Assembly (NCBI GenBank): GCA_011523785.1
Contig: WTFW01000063.1
Span: 1,615 to 65,614 of the forward strand
Length of the DNA: 64,000 nucleotides
Direction of reading: 5' to 3'
DNA from: Chloroflexota bacterium
GTDB taxonomy: Bacteria > Chloroflexota > UBA11872
Part shown: piece by piece, positions 1 to 8,236 of the stretch
How the letters are laid out: each line of letters begins with the position of its first letter
Position numbering within the stretch: the first letter of the stretch is position 1
Translations under genes and position numbers: made by a program
The notes under the pieces: generated by a model
What the model was told of the DNA's origin: nothing
The model's input: only the letters and a program-made list of their open reading frames with translations
The model's database searches: none

Positions 1-2
1 GG

Positions 3-902
3 CACCTGCTGGCGGAGGCGCTGGACGGTCTGGACCGTCAGGCGCTGCAGGACTTCGAAGTGGTGGTGGTGGACGACGGTTCAGACGACGATACGGTGGC
101 CTGGATGCGCGCGCAGCGGCCTGCCGATCGGGTTGTGGTACTCCCGAACCAGCGGGGCCTTGCGGCGGCGCTCAATCAAGGTCTCGAGGTCGCTCGCGGG
201 AAGTACATTGCGCTGCTGAATAACGACGCGGTGCCGGAACCAGGATGGCTGGCGGCGCTGGACGAGGCGTTCGCAACGGCGCCGGACGCCAGCTTTCTGG
301 CTTCGCGGATCCTGCTGTACGACGATCCGTCGCGCCTGCACGCGGCGGGTGACACGTATGGCCGCAACGGGCTGCCGGCGAATCGCGGGGTCTGGCAGCG
401 GGACAGTCCGATCTACCGGGAGCCGTGCGACGTGTTTGGGGCCTGCGCGGCCGCGTCCGCCTATCGGCGCGAGCTGTTCGACGACGTCGGCGTCTTTGAC
501 GAAGACCTGGTGATGTACTGCGAGGACGTGGATCTTGACTGGCGAGCGCAGATGGCGGGGCATCGATGCCGCTATGTGCCGGACGCGGTGGTGCGACATC
601 GCTTGAGTGCCACCGCGGGCGGACCGATCGCCAGCTACCTGGTGGCACGCAATCGACCGCTGGTGGCGGTGATGAATATGCCCGGGTTCTTGTGGCGGCG
701 CGGTTGGTGGCGAATTGCCTGGGCGCAGCTTAAACTGATGGTTGCGGCGCTGCGCGCGATTCAGGGACGAGCGGCGCGCGCCACGCTGGCGGGCCAGTTG
801 GCGTCAATTGCGCATCTGCCTCGGGCCTGGAGCAAGCGGTCGCGCCGCCAGCGCTCACGCCGCGTGGCAGACGCGTACATCGACGCCTTACTCGAGCGTT
901 GA
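3..902 (+). CDS. GT2 family glycosyltransferase (5' end truncated by the window edge)
   Basis: Frame is open from position 3 (HLLAEALDGL..DFEVVVVDDGSDD). Motifs LLNNDA and GVFDEDLVMYCEDVDLDWR are typical of GT2. Confidence 0.9.
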   Translation, partial: HLLAEALDGLDRQALQDFEVVVVDDGSDDDTVAWMRAQRPADRVVVLPNQRGLAAALNQGLEVARGKYIALLNNDAVPEPGWLAALDEAFATAPDASFLASRILLYDDPSRLHAAGDTYGRNGLPANRGVWQRDSPIYREPCDVFGACAAASAYRRELFDDVGVFDEDLVMYCEDVDLDWRAQMAGHRCRYVPDAVVRHRLSATAGGPIASYLVARNRPLVAVMNMPGFLWRRGWWRIAWAQLKLMVAALRAIQGRAARATLAGQLASIAHLPRAWSKRSRRQRSRRVADAYIDALLER

Positions 903-920
903 CGCAGGTGGAGGATGACC

Positions 921-1295
921 ATGGGGTTTTTTCGGCGACTCTTCGGCGGCGGTGACGGCGGATCGAAGGAGCCCGTCGACACCGCGTGGCATTTCTACGT
1001 CAAGAGCAAATACGCGGACGAGATTATTGACGTGCGCGTGGATCCGAACGCCGACCTCTCACCGGAGTTCGACGGACCCGGCGACGGGGCGTCGCATTAC
1101 ACGACGAACAAGGACATTATTGGAGCCAAGAGCTTTCGAACTATCAATCTGTACCTGGTATTCGATGCGGGTCGGGCCTATACCGGCGACTACACGATCG
1201 AGGGCGGCGAGTTGGTGGATCAGGCCGCCTATGAGGCCTGGCAGGCACGCGAAGCGGCTGCAACGGCCGGAGACGCCGACACGGACAACGGGTAG
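921..1295 (+). CDS. Conserved hypothetical acidic protein with N-terminal amphipathic MGFFRRLFGGG segment
   Basis: GGAGG at 910-914 is correctly spaced for ATG 921 rather than ATG 915. Protein-like composition; fills the gap in the operon. Confidence 0.75.
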   Translation: MGFFRRLFGGGDGGSKEPVDTAWHFYVKSKYADEIIDVRVDPNADLSPEFDGPGDGASHYTTNKDIIGAKSFRTINLYLVFDAGRAYTGDYTIEGGELVDQAAYEAWQAREAAATAGDADTDNG

Positions 1296-1325
1296 CGGCC
1301 GCCCGGGTCCGTAGGCGCACATGCG

Positions 1326-2711
1326 GTGACCACCGCCAGACTGTCCGGCGCCGGCCCACCGCTGACAATGCTCGCGGCGCTGGCCGCGGCCGCGGCCCTG
1401 GCCGGCGTGCTGGCGGGCGCCCGAACGCCGCCGGCGGCGCTGGCCGGAGGAGTGGCCGCGTTGGGCGTGGCCCTGGGCCTGGCACGACCGGCCTTGGGCC
1501 TTGCGGCGGCCCTGGCGGTTGCCATGCTGGCTCCCTTTCTCGTGGCGCCGCAACGGCTTGGCGTGCAACCGCCGGTGCTGGACCTGATCGTGGCGGCGAC
1601 AGTGGCGGGCGCCGCGATCCGAGCTATCCGGGGCCGGCCGGCGTTTGCTGGCGGATGGAACCTGATTCCCCGGTGGCTTCCGGTCGTTGTGGCGCTGGGG
1701 GCGGTGTTGCCCCTGGCGGCGGGCGCGGCAGCCTTTGGCGCGTCAAGCGACGGCGAGGCGGCGCAACTGGCGGTAAAGATGTCGCTCTACGCGCTGGTTC
1801 CACTGGTGGTTGCGGTGTTGGTGCAGGGTAGGCGCTCGATGCCGAGGCTCAGCGCTCTCGTGACGGCGGCGGCAGCCATGCAGGCCGGCGTGGCGATCGG
1901 TTTGCACCTGGCGGGCGAGGCGGGCATCCAGTTTCTCGAGTCACTCGGAACGGCCGGATACCCCACCTCGGACGTGGCGCGCTTTCTGCCGGACCAGGTC
2001 ACGGCGCGAGCCACGGGGCTGCTGGTCGATCCCAACGTTTTGGGCGTCACCCTGGCGGCGGCGTTGCCGTTTGGGTTGACGTGGATTGGCGGCGGCCAAC
2101 GGCGCACCGCGCTGGGACTGGCCGCCCTCGCGCTGATTGGCGGGGCCCTGGCGTTGACCATTTCCCGGGCAAGCTGGATTGCTTGCGCCGCCGGTCTGCT
2201 GGTATGGCTGGCGCTGGTGCGACCGCGCCTGGCGGCCGCGGCGGCCGCGGTGCTGGGCGTAGCGGTAGCGGCCGCTCCCCTGGAACCCTTCGAGCGGATT
2301 CGCCAGGGCTTGCTGGGCGAGGATCGTTCGGCGGCGCTGCGAATCGGCGAGATTCGAGAGGCACTCCGGGTTATCGGCAGGTTTCCGCTGTTGGGCGTGG
2401 GGTATGGCGACCCGCCGCATCCAGACATCTTTGCCGGGGTTTCCAATGCGTGGCTTTGGCTGGCGGAGCGGGCGGGCGTGCTGGCCGCGCTGGCCCACCT
2501 GGGACTGCTGGGAGGCGCCGCCACGGCGGCCATCAAGACGACCGCCGCCGACCCCGCGCTGCGACCGCTGCTTGCCTCGCTGGCGGCGTTCGGGGTTGCC
2601 GGTGTGTTCGATCACCACATCGTGAGTTTCCCGCACCTGGTGTTTCTGGTTGGAGGACTCGCCGGGCTGGTCGTGAACCAGGCGGGCAACCGCGCGTCAA
2701 GTCCGGCATGA
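1326..2711 (+). CDS. O-antigen ligase / Wzy_C family membrane protein
   Basis: Many hydrophobic segments; motifs RATGLLVDPNVLG, LTISRASW, SAALR and PLLGVGYG. Start uncertain (GTG 1326 or ATG 1368). Confidence 0.8.
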   Translation: MTTARLSGAGPPLTMLAALAAAAALAGVLAGARTPPAALAGGVAALGVALGLARPALGLAAALAVAMLAPFLVAPQRLGVQPPVLDLIVAATVAGAAIRAIRGRPAFAGGWNLIPRWLPVVVALGAVLPLAAGAAAFGASSDGEAAQLAVKMSLYALVPLVVAVLVQGRRSMPRLSALVTAAAAMQAGVAIGLHLAGEAGIQFLESLGTAGYPTSDVARFLPDQVTARATGLLVDPNVLGVTLAAALPFGLTWIGGGQRRTALGLAALALIGGALALTISRASWIACAAGLLVWLALVRPRLAAAAAAVLGVAVAAAPLEPFERIRQGLLGEDRSAALRIGEIREALRVIGRFPLLGVGYGDPPHPDIFAGVSNAWLWLAERAGVLAALAHLGLLGGAATAAIKTTAADPALRPLLASLAAFGVAGVFDHHIVSFPHLVFLVGGLAGLVVNQAGNRASSPA

Positions 2712-3775
2712 CGAACGTCGCACTGGACGGGCGAATGCTGCGGCATGACCAGGCGGGCATCGGCCGGTATATCTGGCGGTTGCAGGAGGCGTTGGCGACG
2801 CAGCCGCGGGACGGCATGGAGATTGAGTTGCTGGCGGACCGGCGCGGGCGGCTGCCGGGCAGGCCATCGCTGCCTGTGCGTTCGGCGTTCGCCCCGGTTC
2901 GCGGGCGGCTCGAACGGTTCCTGCTGCCGCGCGCCTTACGCGGGATAGACCTGGTGCACTATCCGGATCATGGGGTTCCCCACGGTGTCGAGGTCCCCGC
3001 GATCGTGACCGTTCACGACATTTCGTTTCTCACACATCCCGAAACCCACGCCGCGGCAAGCCGGCGGCACTATGCAGGGGCCACTCGGAGTTGGCGGCGG
3101 GCGCGAGCTGTGATCGTTCCTTCCGAACATGTGCGCACGGCGATCCTGGAACGCGATCTGGCGGATGAAGCTCGGATGACGGTCATTCCCTACGCGCCGG
3201 GGCTGTCGGCGACCAACGAAACCTGCGACGAGCGGGCCTGGCCAGGACCGTTTGGGCTGATGGTTGGCACGATTCAGCCGCGCAAGAACGTGGCGTTGGC
3301 GGCGCGCGCCTTTGGCGCATCGTCGTTTGCTCAAAACGGAACGCTCCTGGTTGCCGGGGCGCTTGGTTACCGGGGGGCGGAGATCGTGCGCGCCGTGCGG
3401 AGCGAACCAGGAACCGAGTGCGTGCGCTTTCCGGGGCGGGTGAGCGACGAAATGCTAGTTCGCCTCCTGAGCCAGGCGGAGTTCGTTCTCCTTCCGTCGC
3501 TCGACGAGGGGTTTGGCCTCCCGGCAGTGGAAGCCATGTCGAGCGGAACACCAGTGATCGCGGCCAGGGTAGGTACGGTGCCGGAAGTGGTGGGTGAGGA
3601 CGCGCTGCTGATTGAGCCGGACGATGTCGAGGGTTTAACCGCGGCCATCGATCAACTGGCCGACGATGAGGGACTGCGTGCCTCGCTGGGCGCTCGAGGC
3701 CGCGCTCGAGCCGCGAAGTTCAGCTGGGAGCGAACGGCACGCGACACCCTGGCGGTCTACGAGGCCAGCGCGTGA
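2708..3775 (+). CDS. GT4 (group 1) glycosyltransferase
   Basis: ATG 2708 overlaps the upstream stop (ATGA). Motifs AGIGRY, VTVHDI, GTIQPRKN, PSLDEGFGLPAVEAM and FSWERTA. Confidence 0.9.
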   Translation: MTNVALDGRMLRHDQAGIGRYIWRLQEALATQPRDGMEIELLADRRGRLPGRPSLPVRSAFAPVRGRLERFLLPRALRGIDLVHYPDHGVPHGVEVPAIVTVHDISFLTHPETHAAASRRHYAGATRSWRRARAVIVPSEHVRTAILERDLADEARMTVIPYAPGLSATNETCDERAWPGPFGLMVGTIQPRKNVALAARAFGASSFAQNGTLLVAGALGYRGAEIVRAVRSEPGTECVRFPGRVSDEMLVRLLSQAEFVLLPSLDEGFGLPAVEAMSSGTPVIAARVGTVPEVVGEDALLIEPDDVEGLTAAIDQLADDEGLRASLGARGRARAAKFSWERTARDTLAVYEASA

Positions 3776-4983
3776 ACATTCTGGCGATTACCTCGACATC
3801 ACCGTGGCCGGCCACGCACGGCGCGGCGATTCGGAACGGCCTGCTGATCGAAGCACTGGCCAGCGAACACCGGGTGGACGTGGTGACGCTCGATCGGCCC
3901 GGGGCGCCGCCGGTCCCAGCGCCCGCCTGCATAGGCCGGGTCATCCAGGTACGCGCGGCGCCGCCGACGCTTGGGCGGCGACTGCGGGGCGGTTGGCGGG
4001 GGGGCGTTCCCGACCTGCTGATTCGCCACGGGTCCCGCGTCCTGCGCGGCCGTGTCCAGCTGCTGCTGAGCAGCGGCGAGTATCACGCCGTGCACGTGGC
4101 CCAGGCCCAGCTGGCGCCGCTGATTCACGATGTCTGGACCGCGACGCCGCACGCGACCGAACGACCACGGGTGGTCTACGACGCGCACAACATTGAGTGG
4201 ATGCTGCAACGGAGCCTGGCGGAGGCGAGCGCGAGTCTGCGCTCCTTGTGGGCCCGCCGGCAGGCGGGCCTGCTGCGCCGGGTGGAAGCCTGGATCGCGC
4301 AAACAGTCGACCTGGCCATTGCGTCGTCGCCCGACGATCGGGCGGGGCTGGCGGCATTGGGCGCCAAGGACCCGGTGTACATCCCTCATCCGGTGCGGGC
4401 CGGGCAGGCGAAGCCGGATCGGGACGGCCAGTCCGCGCACCCGCAGGTTCTCTTTGCCGCGAACTTCGCGTACCGCCCGAACATCATGGCGGCGGAGTGG
4501 CTGTTCGGCCAGGTGTGGCCAGCCGTTGCGCGACGGCTGCCGCGCGCCAAACTGCGGGTGGTAGGCCCGCACTCGGAGGACCTTCGCCCGATCGCTCCGG
4601 TGCGCGCCACCCTGGGCGGGACCGTGAACGATATCGACCGGGAGTATCGGCGTTGCTGGCTGGCCGTTTCACCAACGTCGGTCGCATCCGGCGCGCCATA
4701 CAAGGTCCTTTCGGCCCTGGCGGCAGGCCGGCCGGTGGTGGCCCGAGCGCAGGGATTTGTTGGGCTGCCGGCGCGCGGCGGGATTGGCGTGGCGCTGCCG
4801 AGCGGACCGGGCGATTTCGTGAAGGAGGTCACGACCCTGGCCACCGACCGGACGGCCTATGCGAAGGCGGCGGAGGCCGGACTCGCGTTTGTCAATAGCG
4901 AACACGATGCCTCGGTTGTGGGTCAGCGCCTGCTTGACGCGTATGCCGGTTTGCCTGAGCCGGCGGCCGGAGCGGCGCCGTGA
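3772..4983 (+). CDS. GT4 family glycosyltransferase
   Basis: GTGA overlap. Motifs PWPATHGAAIR, YDAHNIE, NFAYRPN and SGAPYKVLSALAAGRPVV. Confidence 0.85.
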   Translation: MNILAITSTSPWPATHGAAIRNGLLIEALASEHRVDVVTLDRPGAPPVPAPACIGRVIQVRAAPPTLGRRLRGGWRGGVPDLLIRHGSRVLRGRVQLLLSSGEYHAVHVAQAQLAPLIHDVWTATPHATERPRVVYDAHNIEWMLQRSLAEASASLRSLWARRQAGLLRRVEAWIAQTVDLAIASSPDDRAGLAALGAKDPVYIPHPVRAGQAKPDRDGQSAHPQVLFAANFAYRPNIMAAEWLFGQVWPAVARRLPRAKLRVVGPHSEDLRPIAPVRATLGGTVNDIDREYRRCWLAVSPTSVASGAPYKVLSALAAGRPVVARAQGFVGLPARGGIGVALPSGPGDFVKEVTTLATDRTAYAKAAEAGLAFVNSEHDASVVGQRLLDAYAGLPEPAAGAAP

Positions 4984-5921
4984 AGGTCGCGGTCTGCGCC
5001 ACCGTGAAGAATGAAGCATCAGACGCGGCGGCGTTGGTGGCGAGCCTGCGGGAGCAGTCGCTGGCGGCCGATGAAGTCGTGATTGTGGATGGCGGGTCTG
5101 ACGACGGCACGTTTGAGGCCTTGTCGGAGGCGGCTGACGGAGATTCTCGGTTGACGCTGCTGCGGGCGCCTGGGACGAACATTTCCGCCGGACGCAATCG
5201 CGCGATCGCCGAAACCGAGGCGCCGCTGGTTGCGGTGACGGACGCGGGGCTCAGGCGATCACCCGACTGGCTGGCGTCTCTTGTTTCGGCCGTGCAGGTC
5301 GAGCCGCTGGCCGCCGGATCGTTTGGGTACATTCTGGCGGCGCCGCACACGACGATGGAGGCGGCGTTGGGCGCGGTGACGCTGCCGCTGGCGCGGCAGA
5401 TTGACCCGTCCCGCTATCCGCCGAGCAGCGGATCGGCGCTGTTCCGCCGCGAGTGGCTGGAGCGCGTGGGCGGCTACCCGGAGTGGCTGGCCCACGGTGA
5501 GGATTTGTGGCTGGACCGCGCGATCTGGCGCTGTGGCGGCTGGTTTCGACATGCGCCAGGCGCGGACGTAGGAATCCGACCGCGCTCCACGGTGGCTGCA
5601 TTCTTCCGGCAGTACTTTGCGTACGCCGCCGGCGACGGCCATGCCGGCATGCTGTTGCCGCGGCACGCCCTGCGATATGGCGCGTACGCGCTAGGTCTGG
5701 GACTGCTGCAACACCCGTCGCCGGTGGCGCGAGTTTTGCTGGCGGTGCTGACCAGCGCCTACCTGAGCGGCTCGTTGCGGCGGGTACCGGATGTGGTCCG
5801 ACGCGCGTCCGGGCTCAATCCGCTGGTGGCGGGCGCGCTGGCGCCGGCGTTACGGATTGTTGGAGACCTGGCCAAGATGACAGGCTTCGTTGCGGGACTT
5901 TCTCGACGGCGGCCACGATGA
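4980..5921 (+). CDS. GT2 family glycosyltransferase
   Basis: Motifs TVKNE, IVDGGSDDGT, NISAGRNRAI, VTDAG and GGYPEWLAHGED. Confidence 0.9.
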   Translation: MKVAVCATVKNEASDAAALVASLREQSLAADEVVIVDGGSDDGTFEALSEAADGDSRLTLLRAPGTNISAGRNRAIAETEAPLVAVTDAGLRRSPDWLASLVSAVQVEPLAAGSFGYILAAPHTTMEAALGAVTLPLARQIDPSRYPPSSGSALFRREWLERVGGYPEWLAHGEDLWLDRAIWRCGGWFRHAPGADVGIRPRSTVAAFFRQYFAYAAGDGHAGMLLPRHALRYGAYALGLGLLQHPSPVARVLLAVLTSAYLSGSLRRVPDVVRRASGLNPLVAGALAPALRIVGDLAKMTGFVAGLSRRRPR

Positions 5922-6811
5922 CCAAAGCCGCCGCTGACGTAGCCGTCGTGATCACCACGTTCAACGTGCGCGACCTCCTGGCGCGATGCCTGGACCGTCT
6001 GGCGGCGGCGGCCGGCCGGCTGACGCTAGAGGTTGTGGTCGTGGATAACGGATTCGGCGACGACACGTGGCCGATGCTGCAGGCTCGCGACGACGTCCAG
6101 GCGATTCGCGGCTCGCCGGAGCTCGGCTTTGGAGGCGCGAATAACATTGGGGCTGCCGCAACGACCGCGCCACTGATCTTGTTTTTGAACCCGGATACGG
6201 AGCCGGAGTCGGAGTCGATCGCGGCGATGGCTGGTGAACTCGACCGCTGCCCGACGGCCGCCGCGGCGGGGCCGAGGCTGACGCTTGCCGACGGATCGCT
6301 GGATCCGGCCGGTCGACGGAACTTTCCACGCCCGGCGAACGCTCTGCACCGCTTCCTGGGTTCGCCACGCGCGTTGCAACGGAGCATCGCCAAGCCATAC
6401 AACCCCGAGGCGTCGTCGCCCGCGGCGGTGCGCGATATTGACGCCGTGTCCGGCGCCTGCCTGATGGTGCGCCGCCAGGCATTTGCGGCGGTGGGCGGGT
6501 TCGACCCCCGGTTCTTTATGTACGGCGATGACCTGGACCTGCAGCGGCGGCTCGCGGATGCCGGCTGGGGCACGTTGTACGTCTCGACGGCGCGGGTGTG
6601 GCACTACAAGCGGCAGTCGTCGCGTCAGCGTCCGATCCGAACCAGGTTCGAGTTCTACCGCTCGATGTGGCGCTATTACAGCAAGCACCACATTTGCGAC
6701 CCGTGGCCGTTGCGTGCCGCGGTTCGGGCCGGAATCCTTATCCTTGGCTGTGGCGGAGTGCTGCGCGCGCTCGCGACCTGGCGACCAGGAGGAACGGACG
6801 GCGCCCAATGA
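5918..6811 (+). CDS. GT2 family glycosyltransferase (WbbL/rhamnosyltransferase-like)
   Basis: ATG 5918 (ATGA overlap). Motifs VVDNG, LGFGGANN, FLNPDT, VSGACLMVRR and GGFDPRFFMYGDDLD. Confidence 0.88.
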   Translation: MTKAAADVAVVITTFNVRDLLARCLDRLAAAAGRLTLEVVVVDNGFGDDTWPMLQARDDVQAIRGSPELGFGGANNIGAAATTAPLILFLNPDTEPESESIAAMAGELDRCPTAAAAGPRLTLADGSLDPAGRRNFPRPANALHRFLGSPRALQRSIAKPYNPEASSPAAVRDIDAVSGACLMVRRQAFAAVGGFDPRFFMYGDDLDLQRRLADAGWGTLYVSTARVWHYKRQSSRQRPIRTRFEFYRSMWRYYSKHHICDPWPLRAAVRAGILILGCGGVLRALATWRPGGTDGAQ

Positions 6812-8220
6812 TGATCTGGGCGCGACGCAACTGGGGCGGTCTTGTCTCCACATTGTCGCTCGTGGCGGACGTGGTGGCGGTCGGGCTTGCCCTTATCGCG
6901 GCCTACTACATGCGCTATCGCTTCGGCTGGTTCGAGGGAGCGCCCCCCAATCGGTTCCTGTTTCTGGCGCCAGTGACCGTCGCGTTTGCCCTGTCCACGG
7001 TCGTCGGCGGCCTCACGCTGGGCATGTACTCACACTTCCGCACCGCCGGGCCGGTGGATCGGGTCGCGCGCAGCATGGGCATGGTCACGATTGGGGCCCT
7101 GCTTGCCGTCGCGGCGACTTTCTTCGTCTTTACCGACCGCCTGGAACCGGTACGAAACGTGATGCCGATCGCCTGGCTGGTCGGCATCCTCTTCGTCTCG
7201 CTCGGCCGGTCCCTGCTGGCCACGGTGTTGCGCTTGCTGGCGCGACGCGGGATTGGCGTCCAGCGCGTGCTGGTGATCGGCGCCGGGGCCGAAGGCCGCG
7301 AGGTTGGCGGACGCCTGCTGGAAGATCCAAGCCGGCGATATCAGTTGGCCGGCTTCGTGGACGACTTCGAGTCGCGCGTGTCCATCGGCGATCTGGAGTA
7401 CCCGGTGCTTGGCACATCCGTCGCACTCGCGGACTTGATCGCGGAGCACGAGATCGACAAGGTTGTGGTGGCCATTCCTTCGCTGTCGCACGACGACTTG
7501 CTCGCCATCCTGGCGGATGTTGAAGCGTCCTACGCGGACGTATGGCTGCTGCCAGATCTCTTTCAGTTAATGGTGTCACCGGTAATTGAAGGCGGCGTCC
7601 GCGGGCTTCCCCTGATCGCGGTTAACGAAGTGCGCCTGCGGGGGCTCAGCCGCTTCGCGAAGCGCACGCTCGACCTGGTGGTGGCGTCCATCGTGCTGGT
7701 GTTGGCGTCAGTACCGATGCTGCTCATCGCCCTGATCATCAAGCTAGACTCCAAGGGGCCCGCTTTCTACGTGCAGACTCGCGTCGGACGGGACGGACGG
7801 CCCTTTCCCATCGTTAAGTTTCGGACCATGGTTAGTGGCGCCGATGAGTACGGACAGACCTGGACCGTGGCCGACGATCCTCGACAGACGCGCGTCGGGC
7901 GGTTGCTCCGGCGCTACTGGATTGACGAATTGCCCCAACTTCTCAATGTGATTCGCGGCGATATGAGCCTGGTTGGTCCGCGCCCTGAGCAGCCCGACTA
8001 CGTGACGAGGTTTCGCGGCGAGTTCTCGCGCTACATGGTCCGGCACCGCGAGCGCGCGGGGGTAACGGGGTGGGCGCAGGTGAACGGCATGCGCGGCGAC
8101 TCGTCGATTGCAGAGCGCACCCGCTATGACTTGTATTACGTGGAAAACTGGTCCTTGCTCTTTGATCTGCGGATTCTCTTGCGAACGCTGATGATTGTGA
8201 TGCGAGGCGATGCGACCTAG
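6808..8220 (+). CDS. Undecaprenyl-phosphate sugar-1-phosphate transferase (WcaJ/CpsE-like priming glycosyltransferase)
   Basis: ATG 6808 (ATGA overlap). Four N-terminal TM segments, a CoA-binding-like domain, then KRTLD, KFRTM, DELPQLLNV, GDMSLVGPRPE, GVTGWAQVNG and DLYYVENWS. Confidence 0.93.
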   Translation: MMIWARRNWGGLVSTLSLVADVVAVGLALIAAYYMRYRFGWFEGAPPNRFLFLAPVTVAFALSTVVGGLTLGMYSHFRTAGPVDRVARSMGMVTIGALLAVAATFFVFTDRLEPVRNVMPIAWLVGILFVSLGRSLLATVLRLLARRGIGVQRVLVIGAGAEGREVGGRLLEDPSRRYQLAGFVDDFESRVSIGDLEYPVLGTSVALADLIAEHEIDKVVVAIPSLSHDDLLAILADVEASYADVWLLPDLFQLMVSPVIEGGVRGLPLIAVNEVRLRGLSRFAKRTLDLVVASIVLVLASVPMLLIALIIKLDSKGPAFYVQTRVGRDGRPFPIVKFRTMVSGADEYGQTWTVADDPRQTRVGRLLRRYWIDELPQLLNVIRGDMSLVGPRPEQPDYVTRFRGEFSRYMVRHRERAGVTGWAQVNGMRGDSSIAERTRYDLYYVENWSLLFDLRILLRTLMIVMRGDAT

Positions 8221-8236
8221 CAGGGGTAGGGGATCG

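Noticed and set aside
2081..2707. Long N-terminal extensions of GT ORFs in the track (also 5507 and 6598 starts)
   Set aside because: The true starts are the ATGA-coupled codons at 2708, 5918 and 6808; the extensions overlap upstream genes.
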